Virus record (IMG/VR): IMGVR_UViG_3300007214_000060
Location: 1-64,000 of that record
Reading direction: 5' to 3' (one strand)
DNA length: 64,000 nt
Origin: a virus
Both the position numbers and the translations under genes were made by a program. The notes beneath the pieces were generated by a model. That model saw only the letters and a program-made list of their open reading frames with translations, was not told where the DNA came from and did not search any database. This document shows positions 48,746 through 58,294 of the stretch, piece by piece; the stretch's first letter is position 1, and the number at the start of each line of letters is the position of its first letter.

Positions 48746-49160
48746 TACATATCCGTCAAAATATTCTAATGGCAAGTACGTAAGCGCAGCTCAATACATA
48801 ACCGAGCTAATTTGTGAAAACAAAGCCAAGCGAGACAAAGAAGATTTACACTATAGATTTTGGTTAAGTAAAAAATGGGAAAAATACTTTAGAAATCAAA
48901 TAGCCTCATCCCATAAGTTATTACAAACTTATTCTCCACAAGCAATAATTGGCGCATTAAAGAGCGATAAAGCTAAAAATACATACTCGCTAAGATCACC
49001 ATTTTTAAAAACCATAATAGAAGAACAAGAGAAGGTACTAGAAAGTAAAAATTCTAGTCTAAATATATCTTTTGACAGGTCGTCGGACAAAAAGTTTGAA
49101 ACAAATAAAAATATAAAGGGATTACTATCAAAACTAGAGGACATAGACAATGAGCATTAA
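48738..49160 (+). CDS. hypothetical protein
   Basis: ORF immediately upstream of recA. Confidence 0.55.
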   Translation: MADTYPSKYSNGKYVSAAQYITELICENKAKRDKEDLHYRFWLSKKWEKYFRNQIASSHKLLQTYSPQAIIGALKSDKAKNTYSLRSPFLKTIIEEQEKVLESKNSSLNISFDRSSDKKFETNKNIKGLLSKLEDIDNEH

Positions 49161-50169
49161 AGAAGATGTTGTTAAAAATTTTGGTGAAGATATAATCTTG
49201 AGTGGAAATGCTATTATTGACAAAAAAGTACTAACAGTACCAGTTAGCCCTGCTTTGGATATGATACTAGGAGGAGGTATACCAGAAGGAAGTTTTGTGA
49301 TATTAACTGGTCAACCAAAAGGCGGAAAAAGCGTAACGGCCCTAGATTTTGCAGCAACAGCACAAAAAGAAGAATACGCATACGGATCTTTTAAGGAGGG
49401 AAGACAAGTCTACTACTTCAATGTGGAAGGAAGACTAAAGAAAAGAGATATAGAAGGTATACCAGGTCTAAATCTAGATAGATTTCATGTTATAGGTTCG
49501 CAACAAGGTAAAATTTTACACGCAGAAGAGTATTTGCAAATTGCAGAAAAAGTAATAAACGAGGTGCCTGGATCGGTCGTAATAATAGACTCGTACTCTG
49601 CTTTATGTACAGAGGCGGAAATAACTAGCGATATGGATAAGATGCAAAGGGCAGACGGAGCCAAACTTCTTGCTAAATTTTGTAGAAAAGTAGCTAATGT
49701 TATACCGGTTAATAAAAATATAGTTATAGGTATTACGCACTTAATGGGTAATCCAACTGGTTATGGGGCAGAATTTAAAGAAAAAAGTGGTCAGGCTATA
49801 GCTTATCAAACCGACGTAAAACTTAGAATCAAAAAATTTAGTCCGTGGCTAGTGGGTACTGATAATACACAGATAGGGCAAGAGGTTGAGTGGCAAGTTA
49901 TTTGCTCGGCTCTTGGTCCTCCTGGTGGGTCTATAACAAGTTACATACGGTACGGAGAGGGCATAGATAAATATACAGAAGCTATATGTTTAGCTTCGGA
50001 TATTGGTCTGATACACAAGGGCGGCGCTTGGTACACCTTAACTTCTTTGGCCGATAAGCCAAAGTTTCAAGGTACTGAAAAAGTAAGAAATTATTTGATT
50101 GAAAATCAGTCGGCGTACACGGATCTGGTTAACTCTATCAAGAATACTATGGGCATAGCCACAAAATGA
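49150..50169 (+). CDS. recA: RecA recombinase
   Basis: LD..LGGGIP.G, GQPKGGKS Walker A, IIDS, GAWY. Confidence 0.88.
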   Translation: MSIKEDVVKNFGEDIILSGNAIIDKKVLTVPVSPALDMILGGGIPEGSFVILTGQPKGGKSVTALDFAATAQKEEYAYGSFKEGRQVYYFNVEGRLKKRDIEGIPGLNLDRFHVIGSQQGKILHAEEYLQIAEKVINEVPGSVVIIDSYSALCTEAEITSDMDKMQRADGAKLLAKFCRKVANVIPVNKNIVIGITHLMGNPTGYGAEFKEKSGQAIAYQTDVKLRIKKFSPWLVGTDNTQIGQEVEWQVICSALGPPGGSITSYIRYGEGIDKYTEAICLASDIGLIHKGGAWYTLTSLADKPKFQGTEKVRNYLIENQSAYTDLVNSIKNTMGIATK

Positions 50170-50573
50170 AAGTTATAGATCTAAATGGACACCATAGTAC
50201 TTGGAGCTTGACCGGCTGCTCTGCCAAGGCTAAACTAGATCATAAGTCATCATATCACATGAAGGCTAGGGGTTTGGTAAAAGAGCTTTTTCCAACACTG
50301 CAAATATTGGAAGAGGTCCCTATTTATATCAGAAAATCTGAAATATTATATCTAGACTTTTATTTGCCTCTTAAAAAAATGTGCATTGAGGTTCATGGCG
50401 AACAACACTATAATTTTGTGAAATTTTATTATGGAACAAAACTAGATTTTCTAAGAGCACAAAAAAGAGATAAAGAAAAAGAAGAGTGGTGTGTACTAAA
50501 CGGTATAGAATATAAAGTTTTAAAGTACAACGAAACAATAGAGGAATGGTCTAATAGATTAAATACAATATGA
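50166..50573 (+). CDS. DUF559/Vsr-like PD-(D/E)xK endonuclease
   Basis: LDFYLP..CIEVHGEQHY...RD..K..WC..NGI. Confidence 0.75.
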   Translation: MKVIDLNGHHSTWSLTGCSAKAKLDHKSSYHMKARGLVKELFPTLQILEEVPIYIRKSEILYLDFYLPLKKMCIEVHGEQHYNFVKFYYGTKLDFLRAQKRDKEKEEWCVLNGIEYKVLKYNETIEEWSNRLNTI

Positions 50574-51058
50574 CAAAATCTGCAAAAGAAGATCTACAGC
50601 ACTGGGATACTATTCTTGACGAGTATGAGAATAATATAAGTCTACCAGCCTATGTTGCTGACGGATTGCCGTCAGATGAGCTAAACCAATATTTATCAAT
50701 GAACAGAAACGAGATAGAAAAATTGGCGCCAGAAGATTGCGCACAAATATCTTACAGGTTGGGTCAATATAGTTTCCATATTCAAAGAACTCTAAACAGA
50801 GAATTAGCCAGATATAATTGGGCAGAAGAGACGATCAAAGAGATCATAGCCGACGAGATCAACAACTACAAAGGCTACGGATATGTAGAAAAATATTATC
50901 AGGCTGTTAAGCACAACGATAGGGCTGGAGCGCTATCTACTATAAAAAAATACGCTAAACAAAGATCAGACAGATTAAGTTACCTATCGAGCGGAATTAA
51001 AAATTTAGCTGATATTTTACTAAATGTACAAAAAATAAAGGTGAAACATGGAAATTGA
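50570..51058 (+). CDS. helical protein, possibly recombination mediator
   Basis: Coiled-coil character; near recA. Confidence 0.4.
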   Translation: MTKSAKEDLQHWDTILDEYENNISLPAYVADGLPSDELNQYLSMNRNEIEKLAPEDCAQISYRLGQYSFHIQRTLNRELARYNWAEETIKEIIADEINNYKGYGYVEKYYQAVKHNDRAGALSTIKKYAKQRSDRLSYLSSGIKNLADILLNVQKIKVKHGN

Positions 51059-51503
51059 TGAGGGCGATTTTAAGCAACTAATAGTCCTACTGCAAAAGTT
51101 GGTAGAAAATCAAACGCCTAAACGCGATACCTCTGTTGACGAACAACAACAAGGAACCAGCGCTAACGGCACAAAGAAAAAAAGCAAAAAAGCAAAAGTT
51201 GCCAAAAACGACACAGAATCAGATGATAATGTGACGAATGAGTCTGTGCTCGTCACAAAGTCTAGGTCATACAGACCAGCGTTTTCTAATAAGTTCTCTG
51301 ATATGCCAGAGAGCAAAATGCATAAAGACGACTCAATAATAGACAAAAAGCTAAATAGATTGCCTCCATCGCAAAGAACAAGAAGATACGAGCCAATAAG
51401 TGTTTCTTGTCGGGTATGTGGTAGAAAAGAAAAGGTTAATCCTGTATTCGTAGAATCTAGTGAGCGATATAAGTGTAACAAATGCTCCACATCAGCAGGA
51501 TAA
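51048..51503 (+). CDS. hypothetical protein with C-terminal Zn ribbon
   Basis: CRVCG...CNKC. Confidence 0.55.
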   Translation: MEIDEGDFKQLIVLLQKLVENQTPKRDTSVDEQQQGTSANGTKKKSKKAKVAKNDTESDDNVTNESVLVTKSRSYRPAFSNKFSDMPESKMHKDDSIIDKKLNRLPPSQRTRRYEPISVSCRVCGRKEKVNPVFVESSERYKCNKCSTSAG

Positions 51504-51530
51504 TAAATTAAAAACTAGGTATAAACCAAT

Positions 51531-52991
51531 ATGATGATATTATGCGATACGGCGGCGGAGAGAGCGGTTTTAGCTGGAATATGCTCCTATGGAGAAAATG
51601 CATATTTAGACATAGCAGATATTATTCAAGAAAGCACGTTTACTGTAGATAGTAATGGAGTGATATTTAGATGTCTTAAAAGACTGTGCGAAAATGAACA
51701 TAGGCCGACCATAGACATAGCTTCTATATACTCTGCCGCACAAGAGCTAGGAGTTTCTCATCTTTTGGCAAAAAAGGATGAGGCACAACATCTAAAAGCT
51801 ATATTAGACTTTCCGGTTAGCCTTGATAATGTGAGAAAATTTGCGGCCAAGATACGAAAATTAGAAATAGCCAGACTTTTACGCAAACAACTCGAAACTG
51901 CCGCCGATAAAATCTTAGAAATTAATGGTAGTGAGTCCATAACTTCTATTCTCGGAATAGCTGAAGATACGATATTTAATTTCTCATCTCTGCTAAACGA
52001 CACAGACAATAATCCGGTTCATGTGGCGAAAGACATTGATAATTATATAAAAGATCTAGTAGAAAATCCTATAGATCAAATAGGTATACCAACTGGTTTT
52101 CCGGTATATGACCAGTCTATAGGAGGAGGATTTAGAAAAGGAACAGTTAATGTTATAGCTGCTAGGCCAAAGACCGGTAAGACTCTACTAGCCGATAACA
52201 TAGGATTCCATATAGCAAATAAATTAAAAATACCAGTATTGAATATGGACACAGAGATGAATGTTAAAGATCATATCAATAGAATATTAGCTATGATGAC
52301 AGAAACAGAAATATCCACAATAGAAACTGGTAAATTTGCATCGTCGCCAGATCAAAAGAATAAACTAAGCAATGCTTCCAATGAATTAAAAGAAACGCCA
52401 TTATTTTATAAAACAATAGCGGGAAAAGCTTTTGAAGAGCAATTAGCTTTAATGAGAAGATGGCTTGTTAAAGAGGTTGGTCTTAATGAAGACGGAACAG
52501 CTAAACAGTGTTTGGTAGTATACGACTATATTAAACTAATGGATAGCGCGGGGATAAGTCAGGATATGAAGGAGTATCAAATTCTAGGATTCATGATGAC
52601 AGCATTACATAATTTTGCTGTAAGATACCAGATACCAATACTTGCTTTTGTTCAGCTTAACAGAGACGGTATAACTAAAGAAAGCACAGACACGGCAAGC
52701 GGATCTGATAGAATAATATGGTTATGTAGTAATTTTAGTATTTTCAAAAGAAAAAGCGACGAAGAAATAGCTGAAGATGGGCCGTCAAATGGTAATCGTA
52801 AACTTTTACCACTAGTTAGTCGTCATGGTGGAGGTCTGGATGATAATGATTATATTAACTGTCATATGAAAGGGTGGTGCGCTAAAATTACAGAAGGTAG
52901 CACAAGATTAGAGTTATTAAATGGTTCAAACAATTCCTCTCGCGGAGACTTTGCGTTAAATGACAACGACGATGAAATCCCATTCGCTTGA
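51531..52991 (+). CDS. dnaB: replicative DNA helicase
   Basis: AERAVL, GIPTGF, AARPKTGKT, DTEM, DYIKLM, QLNR. Confidence 0.93.
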   Translation: MMILCDTAAERAVLAGICSYGENAYLDIADIIQESTFTVDSNGVIFRCLKRLCENEHRPTIDIASIYSAAQELGVSHLLAKKDEAQHLKAILDFPVSLDNVRKFAAKIRKLEIARLLRKQLETAADKILEINGSESITSILGIAEDTIFNFSSLLNDTDNNPVHVAKDIDNYIKDLVENPIDQIGIPTGFPVYDQSIGGGFRKGTVNVIAARPKTGKTLLADNIGFHIANKLKIPVLNMDTEMNVKDHINRILAMMTETEISTIETGKFASSPDQKNKLSNASNELKETPLFYKTIAGKAFEEQLALMRRWLVKEVGLNEDGTAKQCLVVYDYIKLMDSAGISQDMKEYQILGFMMTALHNFAVRYQIPILAFVQLNRDGITKESTDTASGSDRIIWLCSNFSIFKRKSDEEIAEDGPSNGNRKLLPLVSRHGGGLDDNDYINCHMKGWCAKITEGSTRLELLNGSNNSSRGDFALNDNDDEIPFA

Positions 52992-54117
52992 TCAAAATAA
53001 GTTAAAAATAATGTGCGATGATCTTTGCGACAACATAGAAGAACTACTCGATGTTCTAAATTTAGAATATAGATTTAATCAGAAAATGATAACAATGTCC
53101 TGTCCTATCCACAACGGGGATAACGCATCGGCCGTAAATATCTACCCAAGTGGTGAAAGATATAGGGGGAACTGGGTATGTAGAACTCATAGTTGTGAAA
53201 AGATTTTTAAACCATCTATTATAGGTTTTATTAGAGGAATTTTGTCTAATAGAAATCTGCATTGGGAAAAATCTGGAGACAAATTTTGCTCATTTATCGA
53301 GGCTGTTAAGTGGTGTGAAAACTTCTTGAAGAAAGATTATAGTTCAATAAAAATTGATCATCTTGATAAAGAAAAGAAAACATTTGCTAATATGATTCAC
53401 TATATTAGTAATAATAAATTAAATGATACAACTATACCTAGGATAACAAGAAAACAAATAATTAACACTATAAAAATTCCAGCTAACTACTACATAGACA
53501 GATCATACTCAGAAGAGATATTGTGTAAGTACGATGTTGGATTATGTACAAACCCAGATAAAGCAATGCACAACAGGGTTGTTGTTCCAATCTATGACAA
53601 TGACTACAAATATATGGTTGGCTGTACCGGCAGAAGTATATTTGAAAAATGTAATAGATGCTCATCCTATCACGATAACACAATGAGTTGCCCAACAGAA
53701 GACAAAAGATATATGTTTTCTAAATGGAAGCATAGTCAAGATTTTAAAAGTCAAAATCACTTATACAACTTCTGGTTTGCTAAAAAATTTATACTACAAA
53801 GTCAAACAGCTATTGTTGTTGAAAGCCCAGGAAATGTTTGGCGATTAGAAGAAAATGGTATACATAATAGTATTGGTATATTTGGTTCTTCTCTTAGTGA
53901 CAGACAAAAAATTTTACTAGATTCATCTGGCGCTATGTCTTTGGTGCTTTTGACAGATAACGACGAAGCTGGTAAAAAAGCGGCTGAACAAATTAAAGCA
54001 AAATGCCAAAATACTTATAGAATTTTTATGCCGCAAATATCGAAAAATGATGTTGGTGAAATGTCAAAAGACGAGATTCAAACAGAAATTAAAGATTATA
54101 TAAAGAGAGTAGTATGA
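52960..54117 (+). CDS. dnaG: DnaG-type primase
   Basis: CPIH Zn finger, RVVVPI...GCTGR, toprim VES...TDND. Confidence 0.85.
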   Translation: MTTTMKSHSLDQNKLKIMCDDLCDNIEELLDVLNLEYRFNQKMITMSCPIHNGDNASAVNIYPSGERYRGNWVCRTHSCEKIFKPSIIGFIRGILSNRNLHWEKSGDKFCSFIEAVKWCENFLKKDYSSIKIDHLDKEKKTFANMIHYISNNKLNDTTIPRITRKQIINTIKIPANYYIDRSYSEEILCKYDVGLCTNPDKAMHNRVVVPIYDNDYKYMVGCTGRSIFEKCNRCSSYHDNTMSCPTEDKRYMFSKWKHSQDFKSQNHLYNFWFAKKFILQSQTAIVVESPGNVWRLEENGIHNSIGIFGSSLSDRQKILLDSSGAMSLVLLTDNDEAGKKAAEQIKAKCQNTYRIFMPQISKNDVGEMSKDEIQTEIKDYIKRVV

Positions 54118-54704
54118 CAAAAATAATTGCTTTTGCTGGAAGAAAACAATCTGGGAAAACCACTTGTTCAGAATTTGTTTCTAACTATTTTATTTCTAAA
54201 TTTGGATCAAAAAAAACAGCTAAAATATATAATTTCGCAGACCCATTAAAGAGGGATATTTGTATAAATATACTTGGCTTAACTTATGATCAGTGTTACG
54301 GATCAGATGAGAAGAAAAATGAGATTGTTGATTGCGAATGGGAAGGAAAGAAATTAACAGCCAGAGAGGTCATGCAGTTTGTTGGTACCGATATATTTAG
54401 AAAAATGCAAAAAAATGTGTGGGCGGCAGCGACAATGAATAAAATAATGTCCGAAAAACCAGATCTAGCAATTATTGCTGACTGTAGGTTTCCCAACGAG
54501 GTTGATGTTGTTAGAAAAGCTGACGGAGTTGTTATTAAACTTAACCGAAACCCATTTAACTCGGACCATCCTAGCGAAACGGCATTAGATTTATGTAACT
54601 ATGATCATAGTAATTTTAATTGTACTATTTCTAATAGTAATATATCAATAAATGAACAAAATGAATTGATAAAGCAATTTTTAATTGGTGTAAATATACT
54701 ATAG
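54114..54704 (+). CDS. deoxynucleoside monophosphate kinase
   Basis: GRKQSGKT, FADPLK, REVMQFVGT, DCRFPNE. Confidence 0.88.
   Translation: MTKIIAFAGRKQSGKTTCSEFVSNYFISKFGSKKTAKIYNFADPLKRDICINILGLTYDQCYGSDEKKNEIVDCEWEGKKLTAREVMQFVGTDIFRKMQKNVWAAATMNKIMSEKPDLAIIADCRFPNEVDVVRKADGVVIKLNRNPFNSDHPSETALDLCNYDHSNFNCTISNSNISINEQNELIKQFLIGVNIL
54688..54698 (+). promoter_or_regulatory. GTGTAAATATA variant motif
   Basis: Upstream of the large subtilisin within the replication block. Confidence 0.4.
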
Positions 54705-54753
54705 GGTCTAATGGGCCTAATTAAAATTTACATCAAATCTTAGAAAGAGAAAA

Positions 54754-57213
54754 ATGCAAGAGTATGCCGTTATTGTCAAAAATTTTGAACAATTAGATTC
54801 TTTGTATAGAGACATGGAAAATAATGGATGCGGAGTTCACGATTGTTGTCCAGATAGGGTGGTTGATTGTTCGATCAGAAAACCGTATAGCAGAGTAACT
54901 TATTACAGATTAACAGAAGAAGAAGTTGATGTATTAAAAAGGGATCATAGGATAGAATCAATAGAACTAAGTTTTAAAGAGCAAAATATAGTAATTAAGC
55001 CGAATCATAGACAAACCGGAGTTTTTTCTAAGGTGCCATCGGCCAATAACCACAAAAACTGGGCTCTGCTATACGCATCAGATAATGGAACAGATGTGCC
55101 TTACTGGGGGCCGTTGGGATGGGCATATGCACATAATAATATACAAGCAACTATAGATTTCGACACAAATGCTCTTGGTGAGGGAGTAGATATTGTTATT
55201 GTTGATGGGGGTGTTGATTTTGATCATCCCGAATTCGCTGTTAACGATGACGGAACTGGCGGCTCTCGTTTCGTTCAGTACGATTGGTTTCAACACGACC
55301 AAGCCGTCAAGGGTAGTCCGCAAACAGTATCTTATAACTATAACTCGAATGCGGAAAAAAGTCATGGTACTCATGTGGCCGGTATAGCTGCTGGTAATAC
55401 GCAAGGGTGGGCTAGAAAAGCTAACATATATAATATTAATATTTTTGATAACCAAATTAGTGGTTATATGATTTTTGATTATATTAAAGCTTTTCATAAT
55501 AGTAAAAATGGTAGTAGGCCGACCATTGTAAACTGCTCTTTCGGATATGAAGCTCCAGAGTATATTAGAGTAATGAGCGAAGGCCCAGATCATATGCCTG
55601 GCCTCATAACTACAATACCTTTTGATAAAAATAATCCATATATACCTCAAGAGATTACTAACATACATTACCAGGGAACAAATTACAACGAAAGGTTTGT
55701 TTATGGCGGTATCGAACCTAGATGTGAGCCCTCAGAGTATGCTGATGGATTGCCTGTAGAAATTTTTTGGAATACCGGTTACGAGTATTGTTGCGAGGTG
55801 GACACCCCCACTTGCTATCCTCGTGGTGGTGGTTATTGTCCATGCCAGACAGAGAGGGAAATATTTAATGATACAATATGTGGTCAAGACGTTGGTTTCG
55901 AACCATGCCCACCCGGCGGGGGCTGGTGCTTCTGGAGAATATATGAAAATGGCACTTTAGATGGGATTAATTATTATTATGTGCGAGATGTTCTGCCAGT
56001 TGCTCTTTCTCAAATAGATGTTGATGTTGCTGATTGCGTATCGGCCGGAGTTGTGGTGGTTGCCGCAGCTGGGAACGAGGGTAGATATATTGCTAACAGC
56101 GACGACATTAATTACAATAATAGGATTGATACTCATCAGGGTCTCTCGTTCTACTATATGAGAAGAGCTAGTCCCGCCACAAATGCATCTTTGGTAGTTG
56201 GTGCTTTGGGAACGGAAAGAAAAGAAGACTTGGCGCCCGGGGCGCGGCCCGGGAGGTATCCTAGTCCGCAAAATCACATAGCTAGATTTTCTAATAAAGG
56301 TACCGGAGTAGATATTTGGGCTCCTGGAGAAGCTATAATCAGTTCTGATTTTGGACCACAAAATACAGCTAGTACTTTTCCGGATCCAAGAAACAATAAT
56401 TTTACTATAGGCGTCAAATCAGGAACGAGCATGGCTTCGCCGCAGATAGCAGGACTAATCGCTTGCGCAATGTCGATAGACAGTACAGTAAATTCGTCCA
56501 ACGTAAAAACATACTTACTTAATAATGGAAGACAAAACGAGATATACTCTGGATGGCGGTCCAAACCTAAACCAATAGGGGCTGGTCCAACTTTCTCAAA
56601 TGTCCAAAGTACTCTAAGTCCAAATAGTGTATCTAGTAAAAACTCTTACTCGTTAACATATGGTCCGTTGATTACGAACACAACCCCGCATGTAAATACT
56701 ATAAACCATATTTTTAAATATGGTGGAAAACAAAGTTTTTCATTGTCTAGTCTTAATAATACAAATAAAGTAAGAAAAATCTATAAATTTACTGGCAATA
56801 ACAACTCTAACATAGCCAGATGGACCCCCAATAGTCCATTTTCTCAATTTAATCAACTTTTACCAAATGAAATATACTGGATAGAAAGTATATCTACAAA
56901 TTTTGCGGAGTACTGGTTAGGCGATGTCTATTCGGTATCTATAACGAACGACACATTAATTACAAATATAAATCAAATCATAGCATATTCTTGTTCAGAT
57001 ACATTTTATTTGTCTGATTTAAATACAAGCATACGTGCCAAAATTAGAAACATATACACTTTTACTGGGACTAACGGTAGCAACCTATCAAGATATACTC
57101 CAGGCAGCTTATTTAATCAATTCGATTCTCTTACTCCAGGAAAAATTTATTTTATAGAGAGTATATCTGAGGGGTTTTCTCAATACGAGCTACTACCAAA
57201 CCCGTGTGTGTAA
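54754..57213 (+). CDS. large S8 subtilisin-like protease with Cys-rich insertion and tandem C-terminal repeats
   Basis: DIVIVDGG, HGTHVAG, AAGN, SGTSMASP. Confidence 0.88.
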   Translation: MQEYAVIVKNFEQLDSLYRDMENNGCGVHDCCPDRVVDCSIRKPYSRVTYYRLTEEEVDVLKRDHRIESIELSFKEQNIVIKPNHRQTGVFSKVPSANNHKNWALLYASDNGTDVPYWGPLGWAYAHNNIQATIDFDTNALGEGVDIVIVDGGVDFDHPEFAVNDDGTGGSRFVQYDWFQHDQAVKGSPQTVSYNYNSNAEKSHGTHVAGIAAGNTQGWARKANIYNINIFDNQISGYMIFDYIKAFHNSKNGSRPTIVNCSFGYEAPEYIRVMSEGPDHMPGLITTIPFDKNNPYIPQEITNIHYQGTNYNERFVYGGIEPRCEPSEYADGLPVEIFWNTGYEYCCEVDTPTCYPRGGGYCPCQTEREIFNDTICGQDVGFEPCPPGGGWCFWRIYENGTLDGINYYYVRDVLPVALSQIDVDVADCVSAGVVVVAAAGNEGRYIANSDDINYNNRIDTHQGLSFYYMRRASPATNASLVVGALGTERKEDLAPGARPGRYPSPQNHIARFSNKGTGVDIWAPGEAIISSDFGPQNTASTFPDPRNNNFTIGVKSGTSMASPQIAGLIACAMSIDSTVNSSNVKTYLLNNGRQNEIYSGWRSKPKPIGAGPTFSNVQSTLSPNSVSSKNSYSLTYGPLITNTTPHVNTINHIFKYGGKQSFSLSSLNNTNKVRKIYKFTGNNNSNIARWTPNSPFSQFNQLLPNEIYWIESISTNFAEYWLGDVYSVSITNDTLITNINQIIAYSCSDTFYLSDLNTSIRAKIRNIYTFTGTNGSNLSRYTPGSLFNQFDSLTPGKIYFIESISEGFSQYELLPNPCV

Positions 57214-57247
57214 TGTGTGCAAACTAGGAATTTTATAAAGGAAAGTA

Positions 57248-58294
57248 ATGATAATAACATATCTGAGAAGCAGCTCATATGGAACCCACTGTATGTGCGA
57301 ACAGCAATACTTCATAGAGTACGTGCTTGGATACAGAAGCCCATCAAATAAAAAAGCTGACAAAGGAACCATAGTACACAAAGTTCTCGAAATTTTAGCC
57401 GGTATAAAATTAAGTCAGCAAAATAATGAATTAGAATATATTGATGATATTTTATCCAATATAAGCGTTGATAACTATGATTTAGACAATATTACGGAAC
57501 GCGTTTACAATTACTATACGTCACAGTTTAAACACCACCAATGGGAACTCAAAGATTTTAAAGATTGTCACAAGTGGGTCTATAAAGCCCTCACTGACCA
57601 CAATGGTGTCTTTGACCCAAGATCAAGAACCATACTGATGCCGGAGCAGCACTTTGATATAGTGATCGATAAACCTTGGGCAGATTATAGGTACGAAACA
57701 AAAGATGGTGCTATTGAGGGAAAATTGGCTATTAAGGGAACAATTGATCTTATTACAAAAGTTAATGATTCCACCCTAGAGGTAATAGACTGGAAAACCG
57801 GTAGACGACTAGACTGGGCAACAGGAGAAGAAAAAACTATTGAAAAACTGTATAAAGATCCTCAGCTCAAGATATACCATTATGCGCTCAGTAAATTGTA
57901 TCCACAATATGACCATATAATAATGTCCATCAATTTTATAAATGATGGTGGAGCATTTAGTATGTGTTTCGATAAGTCAGATTTATCTAGCACAGAAGAC
58001 CTGATAAGAAAAAAGTTTGAAGAAATCAAATCGTGTAAAAAACCAAGATTAAGTAAAACATGGAAATGTAGCAAGCTCTGTCATTTTGGAAAAAACACGT
58101 TTCAAAATAATAACTCGGTTTTGCCTATAATAGAGTATAGAGATGGTCAAGCCTGTAAAAAGGGAGATTATATGACGGTGTGTGAACAAATCAGACACGA
58201 TATAGAGCTTAACGGTATGAAGTCGGTGGTTGACACATACACGACCAAAGGTTATACTGTTGGTAAGTACAAAGCTCCGGGAAGCACAGAATGA
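57248..58294 (+). CDS. PD-(D/E)xK RecB/Cas4-like exonuclease
   Basis: C..QY, GTIVH..LE, GTIDL, IDWKTG, QL.IY, C..LC...C. Confidence 0.85.
   Translation: MIITYLRSSSYGTHCMCEQQYFIEYVLGYRSPSNKKADKGTIVHKVLEILAGIKLSQQNNELEYIDDILSNISVDNYDLDNITERVYNYYTSQFKHHQWELKDFKDCHKWVYKALTDHNGVFDPRSRTILMPEQHFDIVIDKPWADYRYETKDGAIEGKLAIKGTIDLITKVNDSTLEVIDWKTGRRLDWATGEEKTIEKLYKDPQLKIYHYALSKLYPQYDHIIMSINFINDGGAFSMCFDKSDLSSTEDLIRKKFEEIKSCKKPRLSKTWKCSKLCHFGKNTFQNNNSVLPIIEYRDGQACKKGDYMTVCEQIRHDIELNGMKSVVDTYTTKGYTVGKYKAPGSTE

Noticed and set aside
57248-58294. CRISPR-Cas locus (Cas4-like nuclease)
   Set aside because: No repeat-spacer array or other cas genes; stand-alone nucleases of this type are common in phage replication modules
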